A stretch of DNA of 64,000 bases, taken from positions 15,252,001 to 15,316,000 of the forward strand of contig NC_043007.1 of the NCBI RefSeq assembly GCF_006345805.1, read 5' to 3'. This document shows, one piece after another, positions 10,509 through 24,500 of the stretch. The notes beneath the pieces were generated by a model. That model was not told the origin of the DNA and searched no databases. It was given only the letters and a program-made list of their open reading frames with translations. Within the stretch, counting starts at the first letter, position 1. Each line of letters opens with the position of its first letter. The translations under genes and the position numbers were made by a program. This stretch comes from Octopus sinensis (taxonomy: Eukaryota).

Positions 10509-11484
10509 TAACATATACATATATACATTTATATATAAAGAATCAATGTCTCCTAGTGAAATCATCATCATTATCATCATCATCATCATTATTATTTTTT
10601 TTATTTAATATCTCATTATTACTATTCTTCTTCTTCTTCTTCTTCTTCTTGATGATGTTGTTGCTCTTGATTACTTGGCTGAACTTCAGAACACAAGACA
10701 GAATGCAATGCTTTATTTATCCCAGCTCTTTTTATTGTGACTCAAATCCTGCCCAGGTCAATTTTCTCTTTCATGTCTGTAGAGCTGATAAAAACAAAAC
10801 ATTATCCAAGAACTGAGTCGATAGTGTCGACTTATGCCCTGCACTCAAAATTGCCGGCCTTCTTCCTATATAATATGCAATTACCGTCCAATGAGAAGCT
10901 GACGATGATCGCAAAATCGCGAGCGAACCGATGTTATTAATGTGACACATGTTTCTTGCAGCTCATTTCTTTCATCGAGATGTAATCATGCATCAAACAT
11001 GGACCAAATTTACGCATTTGATATCTAAAATGTTACCAGATGCTCACAGACATATACCAACTGAACAAGGATGTCATCTGGAAAAAACCGACTCTACATT
11101 TGTAATAAGGGAGCATTGTTTGAGATAATATGTGGAAATAGCCTTGGATTGGCTCAGGACATCGACAAGAACCGTCTGAGCGTTGTCGCCAAGAAAATAT
11201 TTAAGTTTGGGACTATGGATAGCTTACAAAAAAGCCCTTGGCATGGCAACGGTACATTTCGGATATATATTTGTTCTATATATATTTGACGTCGGGCCAT
11301 TTTTTAAAACAAGCAATTTTTCATGGAAGAAACTTTATTTTATAAAAACACAGAGAAACACGAAAACAATACTGCTAGTTCTATTTTTCTATTTGATTCT
11401 TGAGGTGTTGTAATTTCTGTTTCACACCTGCAACCTGTTCATTAACATAGATCCTGTCGTAGTTGAAGTGTAACAACAGTGTTT

Positions 11485-11838
11485 GGATCTTTTCCCTTTG
11501 AACGGCAGATCGAGAAATTAATTTTTTGTAACTAAACACTTTCAAACTTCGGACACTGGTAGAATGTGTCATATAAAACATCTTTTACTCTTAGTGTTGT
11601 TGAGAAATGTTTATATTTTCAAAGTAATTTTTTTCAGGTGAATACACGTCATTGATTGGTTGAAATTACCGAAATATGACAACTTTAACACGAAATAATT
11701 TTGAAAATACAAACTTTTCTCAACAACACCGAGCGTAAAAGATGTTTTATATGACGCATTCTACTAGTGTCTGAAGTTTGAAAATGTTTAGTTACAAAAA
11801 ATTAATTTCTCGATCTGTCGTTCAAAGGGAAAAGATCC
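11485..11838. mobile_element. MITE with about 145-bp imperfect terminal inverted repeats
   Basis: ggatcttttccctttgaacggcagatcgagaaatta... pairs with ...taatttctcgatctgtcgttcaaagggaaaagatcc; about 60-bp unique core. Confidence 0.85.
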
Positions 11839-12084
11839 CGGTGTTCTAACCAGATCAGAGCTGTGAGACGAAAATTGACATTTCAAGAAATAATGCAAAA
11901 ATGAATTTAAAACGTTCTCTGTGCTCTTAAATGGTGAGATTTGTTTTGTTGCAGCTGTTAGTTCTTAGAACCCGAAATACTCAGCCTTCCCGCTTAACTT
12001 ATAAACAATAATACCTCTTCTGTGACTATTTTTTTTATTCCCACACAATATATTTCGAATTATATCATTCAATATATGGAAGGC

Positions 12085-12295
12085 GATGAGCTGCCAGAAT
12101 CGTTATCGCGTCAGGTAAAATGCTTAGCGGCATTTCGTCCGTCTTTACGTTCTGAGTTCAAACTCCACCGAGGTCGACATTGCCTTTCATCCCTTCAGGG
12201 TCGATATAATAAATACCAGTAGAACACTGGGGTCAATGTAATCGGATTATCCCATCCCTCAAAATTGCAGGCCTTGTATCAAAATTTAAAATCAA
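12085..12295 (+). mobile_element. SINE family B, short-tail type
   Basis: gagctgccagaatcgtta...gagttcaaactccaccgaggtcgac...cactggggtcaatgtaatcg. Confidence 0.8.
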
Positions 12296-12866
12296 CATTA
12301 TTCAATATATTCTTTCATAATATCTAAAAAAAACTGCAGTGTATGATTTTGGAGAAGATTTAGCTGCTATTTCAAGCAGGTCGATTACTATATAGGTACT
12401 TCTCTCATTGGTTCAAATATATTTGTCGCAATGGTGCAGTACTTTACTTTAATCTCACTCACTCTTTTCCACTCCCTTCCCACCTCTCCGTCTCTTCGAC
12501 CACCAATTTACGCCAAACTTTTACTCCACTGCTCACTCCATTTACATATTCTTTTCATCTGCACCACTCAGTCCATGCTTCTCAATTCTTACCCACCATC
12601 ACCATCACACTCGATATTCTTTGGAAAGAAAGAAAGGAAGACAGAATGAATGAATGGAAGAAAGAGAGTAAGAGATAGAATAGAGAAAGAAAGAAAAGAA
12701 GAGAAAGAAGGAAGAGCACTATGTATGTAGAGAGAGAGAGAGTAAGGCACCGATAGTACATCAATAGCGATAATCTGTTTAAACGAGTTAAATCCACATT
12801 TAACGTGTAGATCGAGCTTCTGCTGAAGGCCTGGAACATACTTAGAAGTTAACGACGAATTTTGCG

Positions 12867-12899
<33 letters not shown>

Positions 12900-13065
12900 A
12901 CACACACACACAACACACACACACACACACACACACATGCTCAGACAACAAACATATGTAGCAAGCATACATACATTCATATAGACATACGAACATGCAT
13001 ATGTGCTTAAATATATATGAGCCTACCTATATAGAAATCGTTCCTCACATACACTCACGTACGCA

Positions 13066-13101
<36 letters not shown>

Positions 13102-13837
13102 CATACACACACACACATACGCATGTATATACATACATAGACAGGAGCTCACTCACACATACACGCATTCATATTTTACTTACATACACTGACGTTATTA
13201 GATAAAGCCATTAATACGCTGCGGTTCAGACTTTCTCAGCAAAGAATCTGGTTGAACATCCGTTAAAGGTTAATCAGAACTCGACTCGGTGAAATAAATC
13301 CACATTGCACTATATAGCGCACACATCATAACAACATACGTGAACACAGGTACACGCACATACATGCTTACATATACACATGCACATACAGACATGCACA
13401 CACACACCACACACACATACAAGCTCCTGCACACGCATACACACTTACGCACATACGCACAGGTGTTCTTCATACGCACGTATGTATACATGAATAAGCA
13501 CAAAACGGTCAAATACAGACACACAAAGAAACACACACGCACACACACGCTCACACACACACACACACACAGATGGCATCTAGGTAATCCGTGTCGAAAC
13601 CGATTTAACAATATCAGATTTACAATATATACCTTATATGTATGCATATATGTATGTATGCATGTATGTATATATGCATATGTGAACGTATTTATGTATG
13701 TATGCTTGCATGTATTATGTATGTTTGAATGTATATATATTAATCTATCTATATACAGATACGTATGTATATACATATATATGTGTATATATATATATAC
13801 ACATATATATATGTATATATATATATATACATATATG

Positions 13838-13875
<38 letters not shown>

Positions 13876-13973
13876 AATGTGTGTTTCTCTATATATGTAT
13901 GCATAAACACACATACTAGCAAAGAGAAATATACTATGTATGTATATAAGCACATACATTTATGCATACACAT

Positions 13974-14012
<39 letters not shown>

Positions 14013-15114
14013 CACGTATATACATCAAAACAGACACATATTCATATAGTGCACCAGATATTGTGTGTATGTGTGTTTGTGTGTGTGTGCGTGTATGTGC
14101 GTGTGTCTCTGTGCGTGTTTGATCGCGTGTGTACGTATGCGTCTGTATGTAATTAACACACATAACACACACAAGATGAAAGAAGAGTACGCTGCAATGC
14201 GCAAAGAGCTAGCCGCGGGTTTGTTTATCTCGTATTTCTCGCGGAGATGCTAGGCAGCAACTAATTGTGGATAGTTTAGAAAATGAATGAGAAAAAATTG
14301 GCAAGCAGAACCACTATCTAGTTTATATTAGAGATGACAGAGAAATAGACGAGATGAGTTTAATGGGGCTGGCGAAAAATGATGTACAAAGATTTATAAA
14401 CAGACAATGTATGGCAAAAATTACAGATAAGACAGACTAAATGTATCACTAATGATTTTTATTTATTTTCCCCTTGTTTTGTCCCTTATGCTAGGCATAA
14501 GGCCAATTTTTTTTCTCTGAGGCCTATTGTTATCGTTGATTGACTTGACCCTAACTTATTAATGGGTAAAAGACAAAAAAAAAACGGAAAAAAAAAAATC
14601 AAAATTAATATATAAAAATGAAAATAAAAAAAATCATTTTATTGTGCTTATTGTTTTTTGTTGTTGACCTCGCTGGTTGTGCTCTCAAGCCCGCAGAGAT
14701 AAAAGTCAGCGAGGCCCCAAAGGGATTTAAACTTCGCCTGAGTATTTCCTTTCTCTCTGTTTGGCAATAGCTTTTTCCCTCCGTTCTTTAAGTTCTCTCT
14801 TTCCCTGTCTCTGCCTTTCTTTCCCCGTTTTTCTCTCATTATTTTTTCCCCCTTTGTCTCAGTTATATAACAAGTGTCGAAATCTCTCATTGTAACGTAT
14901 TCCAAAGTCAACTATAAAAGTGCTTTGTTAAATTATGTAAATATTTGAACTCTTAGAAATTAAATCCGAAGTAGATAAATCATTCAGATTTCAAAAGTAA
15001 GCACTATTAAATAAATACATCGTAAACTCTACGCGAGCGTGAAGAAGGGAGGGAGTGAAAGAAAGGTGAGAGAGAGAAAGACAGGGAGAAAGAAAGATAG
15101 AGAGAGAGAGAGAG

Positions 15115-15150
<36 letters not shown>

Positions 15151-15273
15151 ATATAATATAAGATCAGAGAGATAAAACAAGATATATATATATATATACA
15201 TAAACATATAATATAAGATCAGAGAGATAAACAAGAAGAGAGAGAAAGATATATAATATATATATATATATAT

Positions 15274-15304
<31 letters not shown>

Positions 15305-15306
<2 letters not shown>

Positions 15307-16197
15307 CTTTGATACTTTGATAGGTTTCGGCCATTATTGGCCCAGGCCATGTCGACTTAATAGCACCACCTGGTGAAGTCTTTCAAGTCAGAATTTGGGC
15401 ACTAGGCCCACTCAAGTAAGAGTTATTGTTTACAGAGACATATCCGGGTGTAGGGGGTTTATCCGGGATTTCTTGAAGGAATCTGTCCAAAGACTTCTTG
15501 AACCTATAGGGTCAGTTTCTGTTTTTATGTGTTTTGGTGTAATGTTAAAGAAGACGGGCCAATGAGGTGAAATTAATTGTGCCGTATGTTTGTTATGAGA
15601 TGAGAGTGCGATTTTTGTTTTGGGCGGTGGCACGGGCCCAAGCCTTGGATGTACCTTAAAGGTGATGCCAACATCATTTGGGCAATCTGATGGAATATTT
15701 TCCACATCCATGCAGATGATGTAGCGCTCACGACGACGTTGGAGAGAATAGAGTTTTAGCTTTTCTAGTCGACCCCAATAGTCGAGGCTGTCATGCCATC
15801 TATCTTTTTTGTGATTGCCCTTTGAGGTGCTTCAACTTTTATGATACCTTGTATTGTGTGGGGAGACCACAGTGGACAACAGTATTCAAGGTGGGGTCGG
15901 GGCAAAAGTGGAGAAGAGAAGGATATGGTGTGGATATCTCTCGACTGGAAGTTCTGAGAATCCAGGAACACATTCTGCGGGCCATGTCAACTTTGTGTTT
16001 ATATGAGTGGCCCAGCTTACGTTGTTGTCCACAATTACTCCCAAGTCTCTGATGTTTGAGGCGCCGCGAGAGTTTCACCTGAAGGAAGGGAGTATGGGAG
16101 TTTCAGTCAGGCATCCTCTTTCCCAAAGTGGATTAACTCAAATTTTATCCTCGTTCAGCCAGCATATGTTTTTTTTCTGCCATTGGATAACAGCCAG
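15305..16197 (-). mobile_element. 5'-truncated CR1-type LINE (post-RT region and 3' UTR), sister subfamily of 4300-6460
   Basis: Minus-strand peptides PHLEYCCPLWSP, ITFKVHPRLGP and SWILRT match the first copy; tail (TCAAAGTA)n. Confidence 0.88.
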
Positions 16198-16519
16198 TAT
16201 ATATATATATATATAATATATTATATATATATATAATAGATCAGAAGAGAGGGGAGATAGAAAATCTAAGTAATGAAATTATTGAATTCGATAAAAAAAA
16301 TATGGAACCTGCTAAAACTTATGATAACCTGCTTTGGCAGCTATCTGAAGAGTTCACTTGCTACAAGGAGCAAAGATTCTGACGTTTCGCCTTTCTCCTG
16401 TTCATCAGATTTCATATCTAACATCAGTTCAGTTTATCAAACTCTTCAAATAATGCAATTAGATTAGTGTATAGAACAGAAAACCAATAATGATAATTAG
16501 TATACCCACTAGTTATAAT

Positions 16520-16900
16520 GGAAGCACTCCGTCGGTTACGACGACGAGGGTTCCGGTTGATCCGAATCAACGGAACAGCCTGCTCGTGAAATTAACGTGT
16601 AAGTGGCTGAGCACTCCACAGACAGGTGTACCCTTAACGTAGTTCTCGGGGATATTCAGCGTGACACAGAGAGTGACAAGGCCGGCCCTTTGAAATACAG
16701 GTACAAGAGAGACAGGAAGTAAGAGTGAGAGAAGTTGTGGTGAAGAGTACAGCAGGGATCACCACCATCCCTGCCGGAGCCTCGTGGAACTTTTAGGTGT
16801 TTTCGCTCAATAAACACTCACAACGCCCGGTCTGGGAATCGAAACCACGATCCTATGACCGTGAGTCCGCTGCCCTAACCACTGGGCCATTGCGCCTCCA
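16520..16900 (-). mobile_element. SINE head C + tail ii, full length with 14-bp target-site duplication
   Basis: ccactagttataat at 16506-16519 and 16901-16914 flanks the element; intact A and B boxes. Confidence 0.93.
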
Positions 16901-17289
16901 CCACTAGTTATAATAGTCATTAAATGAAACGAAAAGCAAAACCCATAAACGCCAAAGCCATGAGAAAGTGATAGCGTTAATATTAGCCTGAACTTAAAGG
17001 GTCTCTATGAAGTGGTATCGGCCACATGTGCTGTAGTATTAGCTTTCTAATTAATGTAGAATTATAAAACAATTTGGCAGCAATTGTTATTCATTTCATT
17101 TCATTTGAGATATATAATCGTTTGTTGGGACTAACACATCTACAACCTGGTATGGACACACGAACCTGCGTCCTATATTTAAGGACTGCCATATTAGCTT
17201 GGCGATAACTATTAATATCCAGTACCGCTGCCGTGGTTTCCTTTAGAGAGACTTAGATATTAATAGTAATAACAATGATAATAATAATG

Positions 17290-17346
<57 letters not shown>

Positions 17347-17395
17347 TAATAATAATAAAATGATATAATAAAATAACAATAATAATAATAATAAT

Positions 17396-17435
<40 letters not shown>

Positions 17436-17567
17436 ATACAAAAAAGAATGGAGAAGCAAATTCATTTCGATCATCTACTTATGGATATTACAATTTCACA
17501 TTATTATTAATTATACAAATGGGAACCTCCTATAGTGGGTTACTTCATAACCCCTATCTTACTTGTA

Positions 17568-17610
<43 letters not shown>

Positions 17611-18229
17611 ATATATTCTGTTATATGCAATAGAAGCAGTATTAGATTAAAATAGCCATATATGTATCATACTTAATGCAGGTATTTTATGAAATTTATT
17701 GTGGTATTTGTCTAAAGACATCCTTACGGGCGTGCAGTGTTTAAAAAAAAACACTATTTCAGTGGCAGACGACAATTATCGAACAGCAGCAGGTGAGAAT
17801 GCCGGACGCACATTTCTGTATCGTGGGATTTATCAGTAGCATTTATTTATTGCCAGCTGTATATATTATCCATTTAAAAACATGCAAAAGTTGTTAATTT
17901 CACATAATCATTTGTTATTTCGTGTTATAATCCTCATCATTCTTGGTCACTAATTGTCTCAGACACGAGATTACATTCGCGAAATAATAAACGTTTGAGT
18001 GAATTTATGTTTTTGTGTGTGTTGAATGGCTAATATACACTTCTACGTTGTAATTGTTTTAGTTTCACCACAGTGTCTCAGAACAAATCATTTGTCACAG
18101 AAACACATCTCTGGTATATGAAAAAAATATGCACAAAAATGATTAATATCAGAACAGTGAATTCATGAGCAATTGGGGCAAACGTTATTCCATAGACGCT
18201 GATATAGGCATGAATAAATACATGCATAC

Positions 18230-19100
18230 ATATACATCTGTATATGTATGTATGTATGTATGTATGTATTGTATTATGTATGTATGTATGTATGTATGTA
18301 TGTATGTATGTATGTATGTATCTATTTATGTATGTATTTATGTATGTATGTATGTATGTATGTATGTATGTATGTAGGTATATGCATGTAATGTATGTTG
18401 TATGTATATATGAAGAGCATTTTGTATGTATGCATGTATGTTATGTATGTAATGTATGTATGTATTAATTTATGTATGTATGTATGTTGTAATGTATGTA
18501 TATGTAATGTATGTATGTAGTAATGTATGTATGTATGTATGTATGCATGTAATGTATGTATGTATGTATATATGAAGTATGCATGTTTGTATGTATGTAT
18601 GCATGTATGTATGTATGTATGTATGTATGTATATATGAATGTATGCATGTTTGTATGTATGCATGTATGTATGTATGTATGTATGTATGTATATATGTAT
18701 GTATGTATGTATATATGAATGTATGTATGTATGTAAGTATGCATGTATGTATGTATGTATGTATGTATGAATGTATGCATGTATGTATGTATGTATGTAT
18801 GCATGCATGTATGTATGTATGTATGTATGTATGTATGTATGTATGTATGTATAGATGAATGGATGGATGCATGTATGTATGCATGTATGCATGTATGCAT
18901 TTATGTATGTGTGTATGTATGTATGTATGCATGTATGCATGTATGTATGTATGTATGAATGTATGTATGTATGTATGTATGCATGTATATGTGTATGTAT
19001 GTATGTATGTATGTATGAATGTATGTATATATGTATGCATGTATGTATGTATGAATGTATGTATGTATGTATGTTTGTATGTATGTATGTATATATGTAT
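18230..19100. repeat. Long degenerate (TATG)n microsatellite
   Basis: Direct reading; source of the MYVC and HTYI ORFs. Confidence 0.95.
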
Positions 19101-19140
19101 GTTTGTTGTAAAATGTGTTAAAGACAGTTGTAACCACGTG

Positions 19141-19340
19141 TGTATCGTTGGCGATTTTTTCCTCCGTTTTCTCTTCTCTGGATCTTTCCTTTTCCTATGT
19201 TTCTGACGAAGAGCTCCGCTCGAAACGTTAAATCCTCCTTCTTTCTTTCCTTTCCTGAGCGTCCAATAACACTATACTTGTTCCACGTCCTCGCGTTGTT
19301 GTGATTTCTCTTTGTGTTTTCATGTTTGGATTAACTATAT
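19141..19340 (+). mobile_element. Short pLTR-like element H1 with an intact minimal hammerhead core
   Basis: GUUU-CUGACGA-A-GAGC ucc GCUC-GAA-ACGU-U-AAAU at 19199-19233. Confidence 0.8.
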
Positions 19341-19499
19341 ACGTATGCATGTGTGTATCTATGTGTGTGTGTGAAACCTAAATAAGTTTTACTCCTGTAT
19401 AAACTAAGTTAACATCTAAACTTATACACACACACGCATAGATACACACGCGCGCGTACGCATACACGCACACACACATACACACATATTTAACTTGCT

Positions 19500-19700
19500 T
19501 CAGTGCTAGTAAGGGGGGGGGGCATGATGTGGCATCGCCTTGACACATTGAGTCGAACAAATCGAGCCAAGTACTTATTTTTGTTCTACGTCTGGTACTT
19601 ATTCAAACGGTCTCTTTTGCCAAATAAGTGAATTACGGAGAGGTAAAGCAAGTAACACCGGCTGTCTAGCTCTGTGTGTGGGGGGAGTGACAAACACAAT
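19500..19700 (-). mobile_element. SINE family A 3' half, diverged
   Basis: ggtacttatt...ggtctcttttgc...gtaacaccggctgtc matches the family A tail. Confidence 0.6.
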
Positions 19701-20217
19701 CACGCACACACACACACACTTATGCATCAATGCATGTATGTATGTATGTTGATAGATGGGTGCGATGTGTTGAGGATGTTGTGGAATGATCGTAGATCTT
19801 CTGAGCTGTTTCAAAAGATGAAACACTCATCGAGGTAGCGATTCCACTTTTTCTTGAAGTCATGTTCGCCGTGTTCGAAGACGCACACACACACACAAAA
19901 ACACATACACACAAATACAACACATGCACACACACACATACACACACACGCACACAAACACATATACACTCTCTCACTGGACAATGATGATGACGATGAT
20001 AATAAATCCAGACAATTTGATAAAATAACTTTTATCAAAACAAGACACCCCTCTTAGAGTAGCCACCTGGTTTTGCCATTTTTAAAGGCCAAGAATCAAC
20101 TCATCACATTCTATTGAAAGAACTGACCAGCTGTATAGACGTAAACACATTTTTTCTTCTTTCTCTCTTACTTTTTTTTCCTTCTCATTTTCATGGACAC
20201 TTCTTTCAGATACACAG

Positions 20218-20267
<50 letters not shown>

Positions 20268-20549
20268 ACACAAAATCACACAGACTCTCTCTCACTTTCT
20301 CCCCATTCCTCAACCTCTTTTACTATCCTATATCTCTCTCCACCCCTACACACTCAATAAAACTATAAAAAGAGACGAATCCCCCCAGAAAGTTCAAATC
20401 TGAAGAATCTACAAGAGTAGATGCAAGCGCTAATATATGATTTATAAAAACATGTGACATATTAATAAAAATCTGTAAATGTACAACCAACCAGATTTCT
20501 GAGTACCTTATTTTTCTAATATATAATACCTGTACATCACCTCCAAACC

Positions 20550-20589
<40 letters not shown>

Positions 20590-21011
20590 GCGCCCTTTTA
20601 AAGCCCAAACCAGGCCCTATGGAAGATGAAATGCTTACCAATATTTCTTTCATTTCAAAGTCCGCCGAGGTCGACTTTACCTTTCATCCTTTCGGGGTCG
20701 ATAAAATAAGTATTATTTCAGCCCTGGGGTTCATGTAATTGATTAGACCCCTCCCACATAAAAATGTTTATGCTTTGTGTCTATGTATCACAACTTTACT
20801 CATTCATCTACTTCGCTTTACATCCTGAATTCAAATCGCACACGAGTAAACGGTTCCTCTCTTCTATGCTTTGTAGTGTAGGGTTAGTGAAATCGACCAT
20901 AATGAGCCGAGGTTTTTCTTCTTTTTTCACTTAGGTTTTGGGTCTATGCTGGAAATCGATTCTTACAAAATCAACTTAAGGTCCGTGGCAGCCGGTAATT
21001 GATCGAAACCC

Positions 21012-21043
<32 letters not shown>

Positions 21044-21634
21044 TCTACAAAAATTATGATGCAAATATCTACAAAAAATTCGATTGCAAATAGAGCAGCG
21101 ATATTAGAGCCTATCATTGCGCTCTAGGTTATAACAGTATAGATGTTACAACTTTCTAAATAATTCAATTATTGTTTATAGTCAGACGTAAACCAGAACT
21201 CAGCAATTTCCTGGTTATTTCTGTCAGTTATCCGTCAGGTAATGTCAGTTATCTGAAATAGATCATTGAAAGTGTTACAAATGGTTGAACTTGGAAAGTG
21301 GGCTTCGGCTATCCGATATTACCACAAAGTGGACACAGTAAAAAAATTACTATACTACAATTTGGGAGATTAACACGCAAACTTTTCAAGCGTCTCTATT
21401 GATTTTTGTTTTCTCTAAACCGCTTCAGCTTGCATTTTGAGATAACTAGGAGCAGCCTCTAGGCTGAAATTCGACCTGCTAGAAACAACAGCCAAATGTT
21501 ATCCCATTACAACTTACTGATTTAAAATAGAAGAAAATATTGAATAATGAAGCCCTCTGTCTGTCTGTCAATATGTCTGTTTGTGTGTCTGTTTATCTGT
21601 CTGTCTCCCTCTCTCTTTTTCTCTCTCTCTCTAC

Positions 21635-21672
<38 letters not shown>

Positions 21673-22059
21673 TAAGCAATAAGGGTTTATCAACGAATTG
21701 CCTTACCACATACCGAATTAGAAATAGCAGTCAAAGGGTTATAGCTATTTCTTCTACTAAATTATTCGATTGCAAATAGAGCAGCGATATTAGAGCCTAT
21801 CATTGCGCTCTAGGTTATAACAGTATAGATGTTACAACTTTCTAAATAATTCAATTATTGTTTATAGTCAGACGTAAACCAGAACTCAGCAATTTCCTGG
21901 TTATTTCTGTCAGTTATCCGTCAGTTATTATTCTTATATATATATATATAATAGAAAATTTAGACAATACGTATAATTAGATTAAGGTGATTAAATGTTG
22001 TACCTAATAAAAGGTCAATACGAAGTTCATCTCCTATTATTAATTAATACCATATATAC

Positions 22060-22432
22060 GTGGAGGCCCAATGGTTAAGGCAGTGGACTCGCGGTCGTAG
22101 GATCGCGGTTTCGATTCCCACACCGGGCGTTGAGAGTGTTTATTGAGGGAAAACACCTAAAACTCCACGAGGCTCCGGCAGCGGGGTAGTGACGAACCCT
22201 GTTGTACCCTTTCACCACAACTTTCTCTCACTCCTTCTTCCTGTTTCTGTTGAACCTGCATTTCAAAGGGCCAGCCTTGTCACCTTCTGTGTCACGCTGA
22301 ATCTCTCCGAGAACTACGTTAAGGGTACACGTGTCTGTGGAGTGCTCAGCCACTTACACGTTAATTTCACGAGCAGACTGTTCCGTTGATCGGAGCAACT
22401 GGAACCCTCGTCGTCGTAACCGACGGAGTGCC
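22060..22432 (+). mobile_element. SINE head C + tail ii
   Basis: gtggaggcccaatggttaagg...ggtttcgattccc...gagaactacgttaagggtacacgtgtctgtggagtgctcagcc...cgtcgtcgtaaccgacggagtgcc. Confidence 0.88.
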
Positions 22433-22739
22433 TGAAATATATATATATATATATATATTATATTTCGGGACGGTCATCTTTTTTCGCCAAATATACACAT
22501 GCACTGTATATTCCTTCTTCACTCGTTTATTACTGTTCGTCACACATCTTTGACCTCTTCAGCGTCACTTTCCGTCCTAATATGTGCCCCTGAACCTCTT
22601 AGTCCATGCTTAATCCTCTGTCGGAGGACTAATGCTTAATCCTCTGTCGGACTGCAGCCATTCTGGAGCGCCGCTTTAAAGGGTTTTAGTTGAAGAAACC
22701 GACCCCAAAAATGCATGGACCCCATCATCCACATGCAGA

Positions 22740-23555
22740 CTCCGATTGCCAATACATGAATATGGCAAATGGAGAAAGGAGATGGAAGGAAACCTTGCTA
22801 GCGTGTGTTAGGGGAAAGGACATACTGAAAGCAGAGAAAAAGGGAAAACAAAACAAGAAGTGAAAAAACGATATGAAAATGCACTACGCAACAGGGGACT
22901 ACATAATCAATTTGCTGGAAAACATAGATTGGATTGGCTGAGGAAAGGAGCCCTGAAAAAGGAGACCGAGTACACCAAACTGGCATCGTAGTACTATTTC
23001 CCATATCGCGAACAAATGCCCTAAACTTGCCCAAAACAATCACAAGTTGAAGCGACACAGTGAGGTAGCGAAAGTGTTACATTGGAAACAATGTGAAAAG
23101 TGGGGTCTGGGGAGAAGCAAGAGGTGGGACGAGCACAAACTGCAAAGAATGGCGGCGTCGGAGACCTGCAAAATCTTGTGAGATTTCCCAGTCCAAATAG
23201 ATCAGGCGCTAGAGCATAACAAACCGAGACTAATTGTGGTGGGCAAGGTGTACCACATGTGCTATATAATTGTGTAGCGTGCCCCATTAATCCACGAATA
23301 GTCAATAAGGAAGGCGAGAAAATAGACATATACAATCCTCTAAAGCACGAAATAACTCGGCAAGGAAATCGGAATCGAGTGCACAGTGGAGGTGTTATAA
23401 AAGCTTTGTCGCCTTGGCACGGCCAGAATAATCAGGGAAGTATTAGATAGTTGAACAGAACAGATAGCATGGTGCCGTAGGCTGCAGGGAGCAAACCCGC
23501 TAAGCGTACAGGACTCCAGGTCTTCCAACAAAACCCGATGTAAAAAGAAGTACAA
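22740..23555 (+). mobile_element. Degraded R4/Dong-like non-LTR retrotransposon, C-terminal CCHC + restriction-like endonuclease
   Basis: By-eye translation across frameshifts: WLRKGALKKETE; TISHIANKCPKLAQ..KRHSEVAKVLHWKQC; KIL*DFPVQIDQALEHNKP; DVACP-like. Confidence 0.8.
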
Positions 23556-23573
23556 CAATAACAACTATAATCG

Positions 23574-23659
<86 letters not shown>

Positions 23660-23667
<8 letters not shown>

Positions 23668-23955
23668 TTCTTTATTAGCCACACAGGGCTGCACACAGGC
23701 GGGACAGATTACAAAGTAGAGCTTTTCTTTTTGGGGGAAAGAAAAAAAAAGAAAAAAGTGGGGTAGGTTTTCGATCAAAAGGGATCGTAAAAGGGAAAGA
23801 AGAAAATAAGGAAAAAAATAAAACAAAGAAAAACACGATCAATAGGGATTGTGTATCACAGTGTCATGATGTAAAGTGTAAAGGAGGAAGCAGATAAGGT
23901 TTATCCGTGGGAAGAAAAGCCTACGGAAAAGACCACGGTAACCTCGGTCAATATT
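23660..23955 (-). mobile_element. 3'-end fragment of a LINE-like repeat (clade not determined)
   Basis: About 300 bp shared with 62962-63275; minus strand ends gtggctaataaagaaac followed by (TA)n. Confidence 0.55.
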
Positions 23956-23977
23956 GTTACATGTTACCACATTTGTT

Positions 23978-24021
<44 letters not shown>

Positions 24022-24234
24022 TATAGTGATAGAAAAACATGCTTGTCCGCCCAATAGAGATGACACCATAATTTAATTTGTATCAGAATAGCCACAGGTA
24101 ACTCAAAATGGAAAGAAAAATTACAGACGTAATAAAATTGTTGTAATTATTCACTAGAAATTTGGCAAGGAGGGCAGTTTAGTTTTGTATGCACTAAAAA
24201 CAGCCACGACCGTTTTGTAGAAATAGAAATGAAA

Positions 24235-24500
24235 GCCCTCGAAAACGATGAAGTGGAGTTGTAATGTTCAATACAGAACGAACGAGAAAAGAACATAAGA
24301 AGCCGGATATTGTAGATGTTAATAGGAATAAGAAAAGAAAAAAAATGATTGTTCCGAGTGATATGTCATGCTCATTTGATTCGAGAATCGTGACTATGGA
24401 AGAAGAAAAACTAAAGTGTTATATCGACTAGAAGAAGTTCCCGAATGCTGCAACAAAGAAGTTAATAAAGTCATGACGAAGAATTTGAGAGTAAAGCTAG
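24235..24500 (+). mobile_element. Degraded R4/Dong-like endonuclease fragment
   Basis: ENDEVEL..VQ, HKKPDIV, DMSCSFDSRI, EEEKLKCY readable across frameshifts. Confidence 0.6.
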
